A DNA stretch of 30,861 bases from a virus (IMGVR_UViG_3300037309_000307:1-30861); one strand, 5' to 3'; shown: positions 6,578 through 16,162, numbered from the stretch's first letter. Notes: generated from the sequence alone by a model not told the origin. Made by a program: numbers and translations.

Positions 6578-6859
6578 TCAGCGTGGCCCCTCGCCGTCCG
6601 GACACGCCGCCCGGTAGCGGGCGTTGTGCTCCTGCAGCTCGGTCACCGTCTCGTCGCTGTCGTAGCGGTTGCCCGGATCGGCGATCCCCGCCTCCGGAGC
6701 CGGGTTGTAGCGGACCGGGCGGTCGCCCTGGCACCAGCTGCTAAGGCTGCGCGAGGGGGCGGTATCGCTCGCAGCCGGCAGGGTCCCGCGCGTCGCGCAG
6801 GCACTGGTCGTGACGAGCAGCACTGCGCTCGCCGCGCTCGCGAAGATCTTGCTGGGCAT
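6578..6859 (-). CDS. Rz1-like outer-membrane spanin lipoprotein
   Basis: MPSKIFASAASAVLLVTTSA-C signal peptide with lipobox, two more Cys, C-terminal HNARYRAAC; 5' part overlaps the i-spanin in another frame. Confidence 0.75.
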   Translation of the reverse strand: MPSKIFASAASAVLLVTTSACATRGTLPAASDTAPSRSLSSWCQGDRPVRYNPAPEAGIADPGNRYDSDETVTELQEHNARYRAACPDGEGPR

Positions 6860-7085
6860 TGTTGGCGTCTCCGAGTTGGTCGAGGGTCTGGGTCTGGCCG
6901 GCCACCACCGCGCCCGTCGCGCCTCCGGCGGCGGCGGTCTCCAGCGCGTTCTCGTGGCGGCGATCGGCGATCGCGACGAAGGCCCAGATCGCGGCCACCA
7001 GCGCGGCGACCAGCGCGATCCAGATCCAGTTGGCGATCCCGCGAAAGCCCGCGGCGGCAAGGAAGGCTCCGATCGCACTCATCAC
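6741..7085 (-). CDS. Rz-like inner-membrane spanin
   Basis: N-terminal TM helix, then a helical periplasmic region with two C-terminal Cys; lies downstream of the endolysin. Confidence 0.7.
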   Translation of the reverse strand: MMSAIGAFLAAAGFRGIANWIWIALVAALVAAIWAFVAIADRRHENALETAAAGGATGAVVAGQTQTLDQLGDANNAQQDLRERGERSAARHDQCLRDARDPAGCERYRPLAQP

Positions 7086-7471
7086 TTCGCTCCTTCAGGA
7101 TCGTCCACCGGCCCCGCGAGGCTCGCCGTCGATTGCGCGGTGGTGCGGTTGTCGGGATCGGGATCGCGGCCCAGGCTGATCGCCGCCGCGCCCCACTGGC
7201 CCTTGATGCTGGTGGCCTGCAGCGCGAGCGCGAAGGTCATGAACAGGCACAGGATCGTCACGACAACGAAGGGCGCCATCAGGCTGTCGCCCGCCCCCAT
7301 CCGCTCGAACCCGCGGAACAGCAGGACGATTCCCGAAACGACAGCAAGGCTGCGGATCTGTTCGGTGCGCAGGCCGACCACCTGGCCCCACAGCGCCGCG
7401 ACCGGCGACCAGAGCCAGCGCGCGAACGCGGTGGCGGGCGCGGGTTCGCCTGCGTTCGGGGGCGCGGTCAC
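7082..7471 (-). CDS. Holin-like membrane protein
   Basis: GTG start overlapping the lysozyme stop (GTGA); two hydrophobic segments (LAVVSGIVLLF, PFVVVTILCLFMTFALAL) and a charged C-tail. Confidence 0.55.
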   Translation of the reverse strand: MTAPPNAGEPAPATAFARWLWSPVAALWGQVVGLRTEQIRSLAVVSGIVLLFRGFERMGAGDSLMAPFVVVTILCLFMTFALALQATSIKGQWGAAAISLGRDPDPDNRTTAQSTASLAGPVDDPEGAK

Positions 7472-8136
7472 TGGGTGCCCTCGAGGTAAAGCTCGGCCTC
7501 GGCCGCACGGCGGCGCACCAGGCCCGGCAGCACCCGGCCCCCGGCGCGGTTCCAGCGGGCGAACTCGGCCGCCGCGCCCCGGTAATCCCCGGCGACGTGC
7601 TTGCGGGTCAGGGTCGCCCGAGCGATCGCGCCGGTGTTGTAGTGAAAGCTGACCAGCGCGTCGAACTGGCGCTGGCTGGTGGCGTTGATCGCCGGGCCGA
7701 GCGCCGCGGTGACTTCGGCGGCGTAGCGCGGCAGGTCCTCGGCGAACCGCTGGTCGCACTGGGCCTGCGTCCACACCGTGCCGCGGCGGATGCGGCCGCC
7801 GTTGAATCGGTCCGCGCCGGTCGCGCCCCACCCGATCGTCCAGGGATCGCCCCCGGTGCCGGGATCGGGATAGGCCTCGATCAGCCCGTCAGGGCGCAGC
7901 CGGGCGCAGCCCTCGAAGGCCTTGATCAGCCGGACGCCCTGCTCGCCCACCTGACGGGGCACGAAGACGTGCTCGGGCAGCGACGGGGCCGAGGGCCGGG
8001 TGTGGCTTTCGGGCGGGGCGGCCAGCGCCGCGTTGATCCTGTCGGCCTCGGCCTGGGTAAGCCCGCTGCCGCGTGTCCGCTTGACGATGTCGCGCACCGC
8101 CGCGAACAGCCGGGCGGGATCGAAGGTTGTGATCAT
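7468..8136 (-). CDS. Endolysin, GH24 lysozyme
   Basis: IKAFEG...AYPDPGTGGDPWTIGWGATG (E-D-T triad), QFDALVSFHYNTG, GLVRRRAAEAELY; ATG at 8136 overlaps the upstream stop. Confidence 0.92.
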   Translation of the reverse strand: MITTFDPARLFAAVRDIVKRTRGSGLTQAEADRINAALAAPPESHTRPSAPSLPEHVFVPRQVGEQGVRLIKAFEGCARLRPDGLIEAYPDPGTGGDPWTIGWGATGADRFNGGRIRRGTVWTQAQCDQRFAEDLPRYAAEVTAALGPAINATSQRQFDALVSFHYNTGAIARATLTRKHVAGDYRGAAAEFARWNRAGGRVLPGLVRRRAAEAELYLEGTQ

Positions 8137-8399
8137 CGGGCGTCTCCGAAAACAAAGGTGGTCAGCAGCGCCCACAGCGCGACCGCGGCGGTCGCGATGC
8201 CGGACGTCCACTTGATGAAGTTCCCCGCCACCCCGGCGGTGCGATAGCCATCGGCGAGCTGCTTGAGCGTGGGCGCGATCTCGACCAGCCCCTCGAGCGC
8301 TTTGACCGTCTCGGGATCGGTGAGCTTCTCGACACTCTTGGCGAGCGCCCTGATCTGCTCAGCGATCGCCTCGAGCGCCTTGCGGTCGGCTTCGTTCAT
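8133..8399 (-). CDS. Small membrane protein (coiled coil plus C-terminal TM); holin/antiholin candidate
   Basis: 88 aa directly upstream of the endolysin; C-terminal IATAAVALWALLTTFVF. Confidence 0.6.
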   Translation of the reverse strand: MNEADRKALEAIAEQIRALAKSVEKLTDPETVKALEGLVEIAPTLKQLADGYRTAGVAGNFIKWTSGIATAAVALWALLTTFVFGDAR

Positions 8400-11300
8400 C
8401 AGAACAGCCTTTCGAGTTGTGCCACCACCGCCGCGCGGGTGGCGGCGATGTCGGTGAATTCGCTCTCGCGCAGGGCGACCACCGCCATCACGTTGCCGAT
8501 CAGGCCCGACCCAAGATCGCGCCCGATGCTGAGCGTTGCTCCGACATTTGTCCCGGTGATCGCGACGATGCAGAACTGATGGGCCGCATCCAGCGCATCG
8601 TGCAGCGCATCGCGGGTGGTCGTCGCCGAGCCGTCAACCGATACCAACCCGCTGCCAGACAGGAACACCGAGAGCGCCGAGCCATCGGTGTAAACGACAT
8701 GATCGCGCAGGATGCGCCCCGATCCGCTCGCCGGGTCCTTGCGAACCAGAACGTAGAGCGAATAATTCGCCGAAGCGATGGTCGCGTTGATCTGGTCGTT
8801 GCCGTCGAAGCTGGGGCCGTTGGTGGCATCGAGGGCAGGCTGCGCGGCGGCGGTGGCCTGCGTGAAGGCGCTCGCCGTGCCTGCCAGATTGGCGGCGGTG
8901 AAGGTGCCGCTGTTGGTCGCGGCGCGAAGGTCCCAGACGCCGCTGTTGGCCTTGCCCGAAAGGATGCCCGCCAGCACCGTGAAGGGCGCTGCTTCGTAGG
9001 TGCGGGTCGGCTCGGCGCTGTCGCTGCCCGAACCGTTGGTGGCGGTGATCTCACAGCTGATCGTGTCGCCGTCGACCCAGCCCTGCGACCCGGCGTTGAG
9101 GGTGAGGGTGGAGGCGGTCGCGCCGCTGATGCTGGTGCCGTTCCTCTGCCACTGGTAGGTCAGCGTCGGGCTCGGCGTGCCGGTCACGGTGGCGGTGGCG
9201 GTCAGCACCTCGCCATCGAAGGGCGATCCGGTGATGCTCGACGCGGTGATTTCGGGCGCGTCGGCGGCAGTGAAGGTGCGGCTCGGCTCGGCGGTGGCGC
9301 TGCCGGCTGCGCTGGTGGCGGTGATCTCACAGCTGATGACGTCGGCGTCGACCAGCCCAAGCCCGCCCGAAAGAACCAGCGTCTCCCCGGTCGCGCCCGA
9401 GATATTCGTCCCGTTCTTCTGCCATTGCCGCGTGATCGAAGGCACCGGCAGCCCGCGCGCGACAAAGCGCACCCGCAGCGTTTGCCCGGCCTCGGGCGTG
9501 CCGAGTATCCGCGCGCCGCTGATTGTCGGCGCGGCGGCGGGGCGGATGTCGATGACGTAGCGGCGCGTTGCCCCGGTTGCGGTGACGGTGGTCAGCAGCA
9601 CGTCGATCCGGTTGAGCCCGGTCAGCGCGCGGGCCACCCGCAGCTCGTCCCCGACGATTTCGTAAAGCCGGTCGACGGCGTTGCCCGAATAGGCTTCGGC
9701 GAAGACCTGCCCGGTCAGGCCGGTCGCCAGCACCGTGCCGACGGCGGCGGTGTTGGGGATTTCGGCGATGGCAGCGGGCGCGCCGAGATAGGTCTGGTAA
9801 AGGTCCTCGGCGATGTCGTCCCACTCCGGGTGGGTGCCGATCGCGGCCTCGATCAGCGCGTTGAAATCGAACCCGACGCGGGTCACGATGTCATCGGCCA
9901 GGCGGAAGGCGCGGGCATCGTCCGACGTTTCGGGAAGCGCGATGCGCCCGTTGGCCTTGCGCCATTCGGGCTGGACAAGCTGGAGATCGTCGTCGCCCGC
10001 CGGGCGGGTCCAGGTGGTGAAGCCCGAGCGGACGGCGGTCGGGATGCGGCGGACGTTGGCGGTGCTGTTGAAGACCGCCCCGGCATCCGCCCCGCCGACC
10101 CCGCCCGAAGCGGTGACCAGCGTCACGTTCGATCCCGGTGCCACGGTCAACACGTTGTTGATCCCGTTGGTGCGGATGATCAGATTGCCCGCCGTGCCGT
10201 CGCCCAGCGTGAAAGGCTTGGCGATTTCGGCCTGCACCATCAGCACGTTCGGGCCAAGCGTCGCGAGCGCGGGGACGGTCTTGGAGTGGTCCCAGTTGAA
10301 CCCATTCACCTGATTGCAGATCAGCAGCCAGTTGCTGATCGTGAAATTGCCGAGCTCCGATCCGCCTTCACCCAGCCCGCTCGCCCCGGTCAGGAACATC
10401 CCCTGGCCCGATCCGATGAACACGTTGTCCGAAATCGTCGCCGCGTTGATCGTGATGCTGAAGCGGTTGATCTGGAGGAAATCGGGGTGCGTGCCCGTCG
10501 CGCCGAGCGAGGGGTTGCCGATGGCGGAGCCGATGAACGGCGTCCAGACATTGCCGGTGCGCCACTGGCCCGACTGGTAGACCACCTCCAGCATCATCGG
10601 GATGCCCGAAGGCCCGACATGCTCGGCGGTGCGGAAGACGTCGCAGTGCGAAGGGTAGCGGGTGTGGCTGCCCATGTCCATCTGGCTGCCGTGCCACTGG
10701 TAGCCGCTGCGATTGATGTGCGGCGAGGACACGCTGCCGCTCTCGAAATAGCGGATGCGCAGCGGGCCCTTGTTCGTCCCACTTCCGTAAGCGACCGTGT
10801 CGGTGACGGGATCGTAGCTGCCGACATAGGTCGCCTCGGCCCCGTGCGGCAGGTCCTGAATGGTGAGGCCGGTGTCGAGGAAGTTCTCCCAGCTCGTCCC
10901 GCCGTCGAGGCTCACCTGAATCTGGCGCTGCGACTGGGCCAGATACATGTCGTCGTAATTGGCGGTGTGCCCGAAGAAGCACCGGCGCATCTCGAAAGGA
11001 TAGGTGCCTGCGCCGAGGATCAGCGGGTCCGACCACATGTCGAGCGCCATGATATCGTTGTGTGTGACGGTGAGCGTGTTGGCCTGCGCGGTCGAGCCGA
11101 GCGCGACGCGCGAGAGATACTGGTAGCGGCTGCCGCTGTCGTCGATCCCCCCACCCAGCGCCGTCGAAACCGGCGCGAACTCGCCGACATAGACCTGCTT
11201 GCTGCGCGTGCGGTCCTGTTGCAGCGAATAGCGCGCGCGGGTCTGATCGGGCGTCGATCCGATCACCAGGCAGTTCTTCGCCGAAACCCCCAGCCCGGCG

Positions 11301-12688
11301 ATCAGCGCGAAGGTGCAAGCCGAGCCGGAGCGGTTGTCGGTCTGCTCGAACCACTTGACGATGGTGTGATCGCCGCTGGCAAGGAAGATGTTGTCGTCGA
11401 CCGTCAGCGCCCCGGTGAGGTGGGTTGCCGAGGTGACGGCGCTGCCGAGGATCGCGCGCTTTTCCTTGCGGCGGGTGAACACCGAACCGATGGTCGCGTT
11501 CACGCAATTGCGGAAAGAGGCGACGATCAGCCAGTTGCGCTGGAGGCGGCAGGGGCCGTAATAGCGCACGAAGTTGGTCGGGTTGAGCCACGGCGTTGCG
11601 AACAGCGGCAGGTTGGCGTTGGGCATCAGGCCCGAACGGTCGGCGATCTCGATGGAATTGAGCACCTCGATCCGGCTGACAATCGGCAGGTAAGGCACGC
11701 CCACTTCAAGCGCCGGGGCCGAAATCACCCCGCCCGGCGTGATCGAGCGCACGCTCGCCGCGCCGTGGAGGATGAAGCCGATCTGCGTCCCGATCCCGGT
11801 CGCCACGCGGTCGGCGGTGTAGGTGCCGCTCTGCGTCACGGGAATCGCGGCGGGCGCGTCCAGCGGGTTCACCTGAAGCGTGGCCGAACAGACGTGCAGC
11901 TTGCGACCTGCGACCGTGTCGATCTGCTGGACGCGAACGTTGATGTCCGAGGTGCCGGGCGAGGCCCGCTCGACCCACAGGAACACCCACCGCTTGCCGT
12001 TGATCAGGAAGGGAAGGTTGTAGAAATCGGCGCGCGTCGTCGACCAGCTGTCGGGAAAGCTGGTGATCCGCCCCTCGGCATCGTGGGTGAAGTTGAGCGA
12101 CGCGACGATCCCGCCGCTGAACCCCAGCCCGATGGTCCCGCCGCTGCCAGCGGTGATCGCCATCATCAGCCCCACGCGCACCCGGTCACCCGCGACAAGG
12201 CCCGCCGCCTTGAGGTTGACGGCGTTGTAGACGCCCGTCCCGCTCGCCCCCTGGGTCAGCACCACGCCCTTGCCCGTCGTGCCGAAAATGTCGGGTTCGC
12301 TGTGCTCGCCGGGATAGGCGATGGCATCGCCCGCGACGTTCTTGGTCCAGTGAAGCAGATCGCCGCTGTCTGTCGGCGCGTCGAGATCGTCGAGCGGCTG
12401 CGCGAGAAAGGTGCCCGCTGGCTGCATCAGCACGCCTTCGTCGGCATCGGGGTGCGAGACGACGCGCTCCTCGCCGCTGCCGAGGACAAAGCCGTCCGGC
12501 CCCAGCGTGAAGCGCCGCGCGTCCGAACTGGCGGTCATCAGCCCGGTGGTGATCCCCGGCTCGAAGGTTATCGGCACGGTGACGTTGGAAAGCACCACCT
12601 CCTCGAAGGCGAAGACCGGCGTGTTCCAGCTCCAGGCGGCGAGAATGACGGTGGAAAGCGGCTTGATCGCGAAGGAGGACATGCCCAT
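8399..12688 (-). CDS. Large multidomain tail fibre/receptor-binding protein
   Basis: 1429 aa, G/T/S/A-rich, located between tail tip and lysis genes; beta-helix-like HPDFLQIN region, two tandem Ig-like repeats, C-terminal LamG/lectin-like region. Confidence 0.75.
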   Translation of the reverse strand: MGMSSFAIKPLSTVILAAWSWNTPVFAFEEVVLSNVTVPITFEPGITTGLMTASSDARRFTLGPDGFVLGSGEERVVSHPDADEGVLMQPAGTFLAQPLDDLDAPTDSGDLLHWTKNVAGDAIAYPGEHSEPDIFGTTGKGVVLTQGASGTGVYNAVNLKAAGLVAGDRVRVGLMMAITAGSGGTIGLGFSGGIVASLNFTHDAEGRITSFPDSWSTTRADFYNLPFLINGKRWVFLWVERASPGTSDINVRVQQIDTVAGRKLHVCSATLQVNPLDAPAAIPVTQSGTYTADRVATGIGTQIGFILHGAASVRSITPGGVISAPALEVGVPYLPIVSRIEVLNSIEIADRSGLMPNANLPLFATPWLNPTNFVRYYGPCRLQRNWLIVASFRNCVNATIGSVFTRRKEKRAILGSAVTSATHLTGALTVDDNIFLASGDHTIVKWFEQTDNRSGSACTFALIAGLGVSAKNCLVIGSTPDQTRARYSLQQDRTRSKQVYVGEFAPVSTALGGGIDDSGSRYQYLSRVALGSTAQANTLTVTHNDIMALDMWSDPLILGAGTYPFEMRRCFFGHTANYDDMYLAQSQRQIQVSLDGGTSWENFLDTGLTIQDLPHGAEATYVGSYDPVTDTVAYGSGTNKGPLRIRYFESGSVSSPHINRSGYQWHGSQMDMGSHTRYPSHCDVFRTAEHVGPSGIPMMLEVVYQSGQWRTGNVWTPFIGSAIGNPSLGATGTHPDFLQINRFSITINAATISDNVFIGSGQGMFLTGASGLGEGGSELGNFTISNWLLICNQVNGFNWDHSKTVPALATLGPNVLMVQAEIAKPFTLGDGTAGNLIIRTNGINNVLTVAPGSNVTLVTASGGVGGADAGAVFNSTANVRRIPTAVRSGFTTWTRPAGDDDLQLVQPEWRKANGRIALPETSDDARAFRLADDIVTRVGFDFNALIEAAIGTHPEWDDIAEDLYQTYLGAPAAIAEIPNTAAVGTVLATGLTGQVFAEAYSGNAVDRLYEIVGDELRVARALTGLNRIDVLLTTVTATGATRRYVIDIRPAAAPTISGARILGTPEAGQTLRVRFVARGLPVPSITRQWQKNGTNISGATGETLVLSGGLGLVDADVISCEITATSAAGSATAEPSRTFTAADAPEITASSITGSPFDGEVLTATATVTGTPSPTLTYQWQRNGTSISGATASTLTLNAGSQGWVDGDTISCEITATNGSGSDSAEPTRTYEAAPFTVLAGILSGKANSGVWDLRAATNSGTFTAANLAGTASAFTQATAAAQPALDATNGPSFDGNDQINATIASANYSLYVLVRKDPASGSGRILRDHVVYTDGSALSVFLSGSGLVSVDGSATTTRDALHDALDAAHQFCIVAITGTNVGATLSIGRDLGSGLIGNVMAVVALRESEFTDIAATRAAVVAQLERLF
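9037..9337. repeat. 25-bp exact direct repeat marking a 276-nt Ig-domain duplication
   Basis: TGGTGGCGGTGATCTCACAGCTGAT at 9037-9061 and 9313-9337. Confidence 0.85.
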
Positions 12689-13098
12689 CAGATCACCTCC
12701 ACCACCAGCTGGCGGGTCGAGATCAGGGTGTGTTCGACCCCGGCGATGGTGTAGGTGACCTCGAGAAACAGCTCGACGATGCCGATCGCGGGGTCGGAGG
12801 CCGGGAAGCCCGATTGCGCCGCGGCGGACAGTTCAAGGTCGATCGGCGTGGTCCCGCCCGAAGGCGTGCCGACCGTGACGTCGTAACTGGCCAGCGGCGA
12901 TCCGCCCGCCCCCGGCGCGGCGCGCAGCCGGACGGCGAAGGTGCCCGCGGTCCAGTCACCCAGCAGCGGATCGGCCGCCAGGGCAAGCCGCATGATCCGC
13001 TTGCGCCCGCGCGAGATCGCCGGCGGCTCGGCCTTCAAGGCGCCGCGCCCGTCCCGATCGGCGATGGCGAGCCACTGGGCGAATTCCGAAGGGTACAT
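12688..13098 (-). CDS. Hypothetical tail/baseplate adaptor protein
   Basis: 136 aa beta-rich ORF, TGATG-coupled to the fibre gene. Confidence 0.65.
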   Translation of the reverse strand: MYPSEFAQWLAIADRDGRGALKAEPPAISRGRKRIMRLALAADPLLGDWTAGTFAVRLRAAPGAGGSPLASYDVTVGTPSGGTTPIDLELSAAAQSGFPASDPAIGIVELFLEVTYTIAGVEHTLISTRQLVVEVI

Positions 13099-13113
13099 GG
13101 CAAGGGTTCCTGG

Positions 13114-15075
13114 TCAGATTGCGGGTCGGAAGGTCCAGATCGGGCCGCTCCAGCCCGGCGGGAACACGCCGCCGCCGGTGGCCGGCGGCGCGCCGCTCGC
13201 CACCGTCTCCACCGATCCGACGGTGTGCCGGGCCGGATTGTCGGCGGAGGTGTAGGCATCGGGCGAAAAGGTCGTGGCCTTGAGCGCCACCGCTCCGCCG
13301 GCGCGGGCCAGATCGTCGTAATAGACGTGGACCACCGTCCCGGCCGCGAGGCTGGCGATGGTGGTCGTCCCGTCGTCGAGCAGGGTCAGGGTGCCACCGG
13401 TGACGCTGACCGAACGGTCGGCGTAGCTGGCGGTGTGATCCTCCACCGTGACGCTGGTGTCGGTGGCCGAGAGCAGCCCGTCGGCGGGATCGACATCGAC
13501 CAGCGCGCGCCCGGTGATCAACGAGAGCAGCTCGCCGGGGCTGGTGGCGTTGAGCGCCCACACCGCCTCCAGCTCCTCCGGCGTCGGCCAGGCCACGGTT
13601 GGCGGCAGCGTGCCGGTCAGCCCCAGCGCGGCGGTGTGCTTGGCGTCGGTCTCGGCCTCGCAGGTCAGGGTGACGGTGCCCGAGAGCGCGTCGATCGCGC
13701 GGCGGCGGATCACCACCTTGATCGCGCCGGCCGGATGCGCGCCCAGCTCGGCGGCGAGCGTGATGCACATGCCCGGGCGCAGCACCCTGAGGTGCGGCTT
13801 GCAGACCAGGCGGAACGGCCCCGCCTCGCGGCGCTGCCACAGATCGTAGGTCGCCAGCTCGGCCACCTGATCCTTCGAGGTGACGAGGTCCCACTGCCGC
13901 TCGTCGACCTTCTCCTCGCCGTCGGCGGTGATCCAGGTCTCGTTGCGGATCTCCGCGCCCTGGACGTAGCCCCACTGGTGCGCGGCCGAACGGAACCGCG
14001 CCTTCAGCACGTTGTGGCGGTTCTTCCACCCCTTGCCGAGGCTGGCGGAAACCGGCCCGGCGAGATCGTCGCGGGTGACGGTGTAGAGGCTGGTGCGCGG
14101 GGCCTGCCAGTCGAACCCGAGCACCGATCCCGGGATCGGCTGCGCAGCCCCGGCCTCACAGATCCGCTTGAGGTTGTCCCACTTGTCCGCAGGCTCGAAG
14201 ATCGTGCCGTTGACGGTCCAGTTGTTCGCGTCGCAGACGTTGGCCCAGGCGACCGTCTGGGCGAGATTGATCGCGCTGGCATCGAACAGCCGGACGCCGA
14301 AGATCGGCTTGCCGTTCATCAGCCGCCCGTAGGCATAGGTCGCGGCGTGCAGCGCCGGGTTCCGGGTGTAGGTCCAGGTGCTCTCGTCGGTGATCCGCTG
14401 CGGTCCGCTGCCGCCGGGGAAGGTGCTGTCCGCGCGCGGATCGTAGGCCATCACCCCCTTGGGCACCTTGCCGAGCGGCGGGATCTGCCCGCCCGCGAAC
14501 CGCTGCCCCTTCTTCGACCACCTCAGCGACCAGCCTGCCGCCGCCATCCCGGAGAGCTTGTGCCCGCTGCCCCAGCGCGGCGGCGTGCCCCAGCCCGAAG
14601 GCGTGCCCAGCGCGGAACTCTCCGGCCGCGCACCGAGCTGCTCGTCGATCCACAGGTGATCGGCGTAATAGCCGGTCGCCTCGCGCACCGATCCGACGCT
14701 GCCGGAGAAGCTGACGGTGGCGAAGTTGACGACGCTCGGCCCGATATCCTCGATCGGCCCGCAGCAGCTCAGCACGCGCGGGATGAAGGCGTAGGGGTTC
14801 TCGACGTCGTCCCGCTCACCGCCGTAACCTTCGCGGTAGAGCTCGACCCCTTCGGTGTAGGCCTCCCCGATCAGATAGGGCAGCGGGTTGTTCGCCCCGA
14901 TCCGGTAACCCTGCACCTGACCCTGCGCCACCGGCGGCTTGGCGGTGAGCTGGGCGAGGGTGCTCGAAACTGCGGCGACAGCGGCGGCGATCGGCGCGAT
15001 CGGCGGGGCGATGATCGAGGTGACGATCGCCACCGCTCCGGCGATCTGGCCGACGGCGCGAAAAAACCCGGACAT
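13114..15075 (-). CDS. Tail tip/host-specificity (J-like) protein
   Basis: Start MSGFFRAVG; NPLPYLIGE, AYDPRADST, WTYTRNPAL, WANVCDAN motifs of central tail-tip proteins. Confidence 0.8.
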   Translation of the reverse strand: MSGFFRAVGQIAGAVAIVTSIIAPPIAPIAAAVAAVSSTLAQLTAKPPVAQGQVQGYRIGANNPLPYLIGEAYTEGVELYREGYGGERDDVENPYAFIPRVLSCCGPIEDIGPSVVNFATVSFSGSVGSVREATGYYADHLWIDEQLGARPESSALGTPSGWGTPPRWGSGHKLSGMAAAGWSLRWSKKGQRFAGGQIPPLGKVPKGVMAYDPRADSTFPGGSGPQRITDESTWTYTRNPALHAATYAYGRLMNGKPIFGVRLFDASAINLAQTVAWANVCDANNWTVNGTIFEPADKWDNLKRICEAGAAQPIPGSVLGFDWQAPRTSLYTVTRDDLAGPVSASLGKGWKNRHNVLKARFRSAAHQWGYVQGAEIRNETWITADGEEKVDERQWDLVTSKDQVAELATYDLWQRREAGPFRLVCKPHLRVLRPGMCITLAAELGAHPAGAIKVVIRRRAIDALSGTVTLTCEAETDAKHTAALGLTGTLPPTVAWPTPEELEAVWALNATSPGELLSLITGRALVDVDPADGLLSATDTSVTVEDHTASYADRSVSVTGGTLTLLDDGTTTIASLAAGTVVHVYYDDLARAGGAVALKATTFSPDAYTSADNPARHTVGSVETVASGAPPATGGGVFPPGWSGPIWTFRPAI

Positions 15076-15077
15076 CT

Positions 15078-15503
15078 CTAGAGCCTCCAGGCGCCGGTCA
15101 GGTCGGCGTTGACGCCGAGGATCGCGACCATCTTTTCGTGGCCGTTCTGCTCGCTCCAGCCCCACACGTTGCCCTGGCCATCAGCGATCCCGACCGCCTC
15201 CAGCCCGTGCTCGGGATCGGCGGGGCCGACCACCAGATCGCCCAGCCAGGCGTAGGCCGGGCCGGGCAGGCGCGGGAAATGGAGATCGAGCAGCGCGCTC
15301 ACGCTGTCGACGCCGCGCGCCGCCAGCGCGCGCTTGGCCCCCAGCAGCGAACGGAAGCGCGGGACGGGCGGCAGCCGGTGGCCCATCCCCGCCGCCTGCG
15401 TCCGCGCAAGCCGGATGCAGTTCGCGCCCTGCCAGCTGAACGGCTTGTCCCGGAACCGGTCGAGCGTGCGCTCGGTCGCGGCCTGCCGGATCGCCAGAGT
15501 CAT
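15078..15503 (-). CDS. Tail-associated NlpC/P60-like protein (DUF6950-like)
   Basis: FRDKPFSWQGANCIRLA with Cys and later GDLVV; lambda-K-like position. Confidence 0.7.
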   Translation of the reverse strand: MTLAIRQAATERTLDRFRDKPFSWQGANCIRLARTQAAGMGHRLPPVPRFRSLLGAKRALAARGVDSVSALLDLHFPRLPGPAYAWLGDLVVGPADPEHGLEAVGIADGQGNVWGWSEQNGHEKMVAILGVNADLTGAWRL

Positions 15504-15511
15504 CGTGCGCC

Positions 15512-16162
15512 TCAGAATCGGAATTGCGGAAAGGGGTTGGTGCCCGGGCCAAAGCCGCCGCCACCGCCGCCGCCACCGCCGCCCGCTGGGCTGCGTCCGG
15601 CCGGCGGGGCCTCGGCCCCCCAGGCGAAGAATTGCTGCGCGTCGGTGCAGTTCTCGAACCCGCGCTCGCCCGCCCAGATCGAGCGGTGGAAGGAGTCCGA
15701 ACAGACGTTGCCCTGGCGCAGCTCGAACAGCTTGGCGAGCCGCGTCATGAAGGTGATCTTGAGCAGGTCGGACCCGGCCTCCTGATCGCGCGCGGTGGTG
15801 TCGACCAGCCAGTCGGCGACCAGCTCTGCGCCGGTCAGGCTCACCCCGTCGGCCGGATCGATCTCGCCCACCCAGATCCGCATCCGGCTGTTCTCCAGAT
15901 CGGTGCGCCACCAGCTGCTGACCGCCGCCTCGCCCGCAGGCGCAAAGGTGATCGAGCCGCTCTCGACCCGGTCGCCGACCCCGGTCTCGAACACGTCGAC
16001 CTCGACGATCGTCCCGAACCGCGCGTCGTCCCCGGTGAAGGTGACGGTGCCGCCCCCCGGATCGAAGCGCACCAGGCCCCCGTCGGCGAGCAGCACGTCT
16101 CCGCCGGCCGCTTCCCACTTGAGGACCGCGGCAAGGGTGATGGCCAGATCAGTAACCGCCAC
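15512..16162 (-). CDS. Minor tail/hub protein
   Basis: 216 aa; HRSIWAGERGF motif and Gly-rich C-terminus; lambda-L-like position. Confidence 0.7.
   Translation of the reverse strand: MAVTDLAITLAAVLKWEAAGGDVLLADGGLVRFDPGGGTVTFTGDDARFGTIVEVDVFETGVGDRVESGSITFAPAGEAAVSSWWRTDLENSRMRIWVGEIDPADGVSLTGAELVADWLVDTTARDQEAGSDLLKITFMTRLAKLFELRQGNVCSDSFHRSIWAGERGFENCTDAQQFFAWGAEAPPAGRSPAGGGGGGGGGGFGPGTNPFPQFRF

Noticed and set aside
8399-9000. Diversity-generating retroelement or invertible tail-fibre cassette acting on the fibre tip
   Set aside because: No reverse transcriptase, template repeat, alternative fibre ends or flanking inverted repeats seen in the window
8417-12754. 1445-aa plus-strand ORF, and similar long ORFs (922-2520, 12730-15081, 16937-18961, 22776-24494, 26760-28589)
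   Set aside because: Antisense shadows of real genes in high-GC DNA; Arg/Gly-rich with no recognisable motifs
15554-15583. GCC/ACC trinucleotide run
   Set aside because: Encodes an in-frame poly-Gly tail typical of this tail protein; no evidence for phase variation
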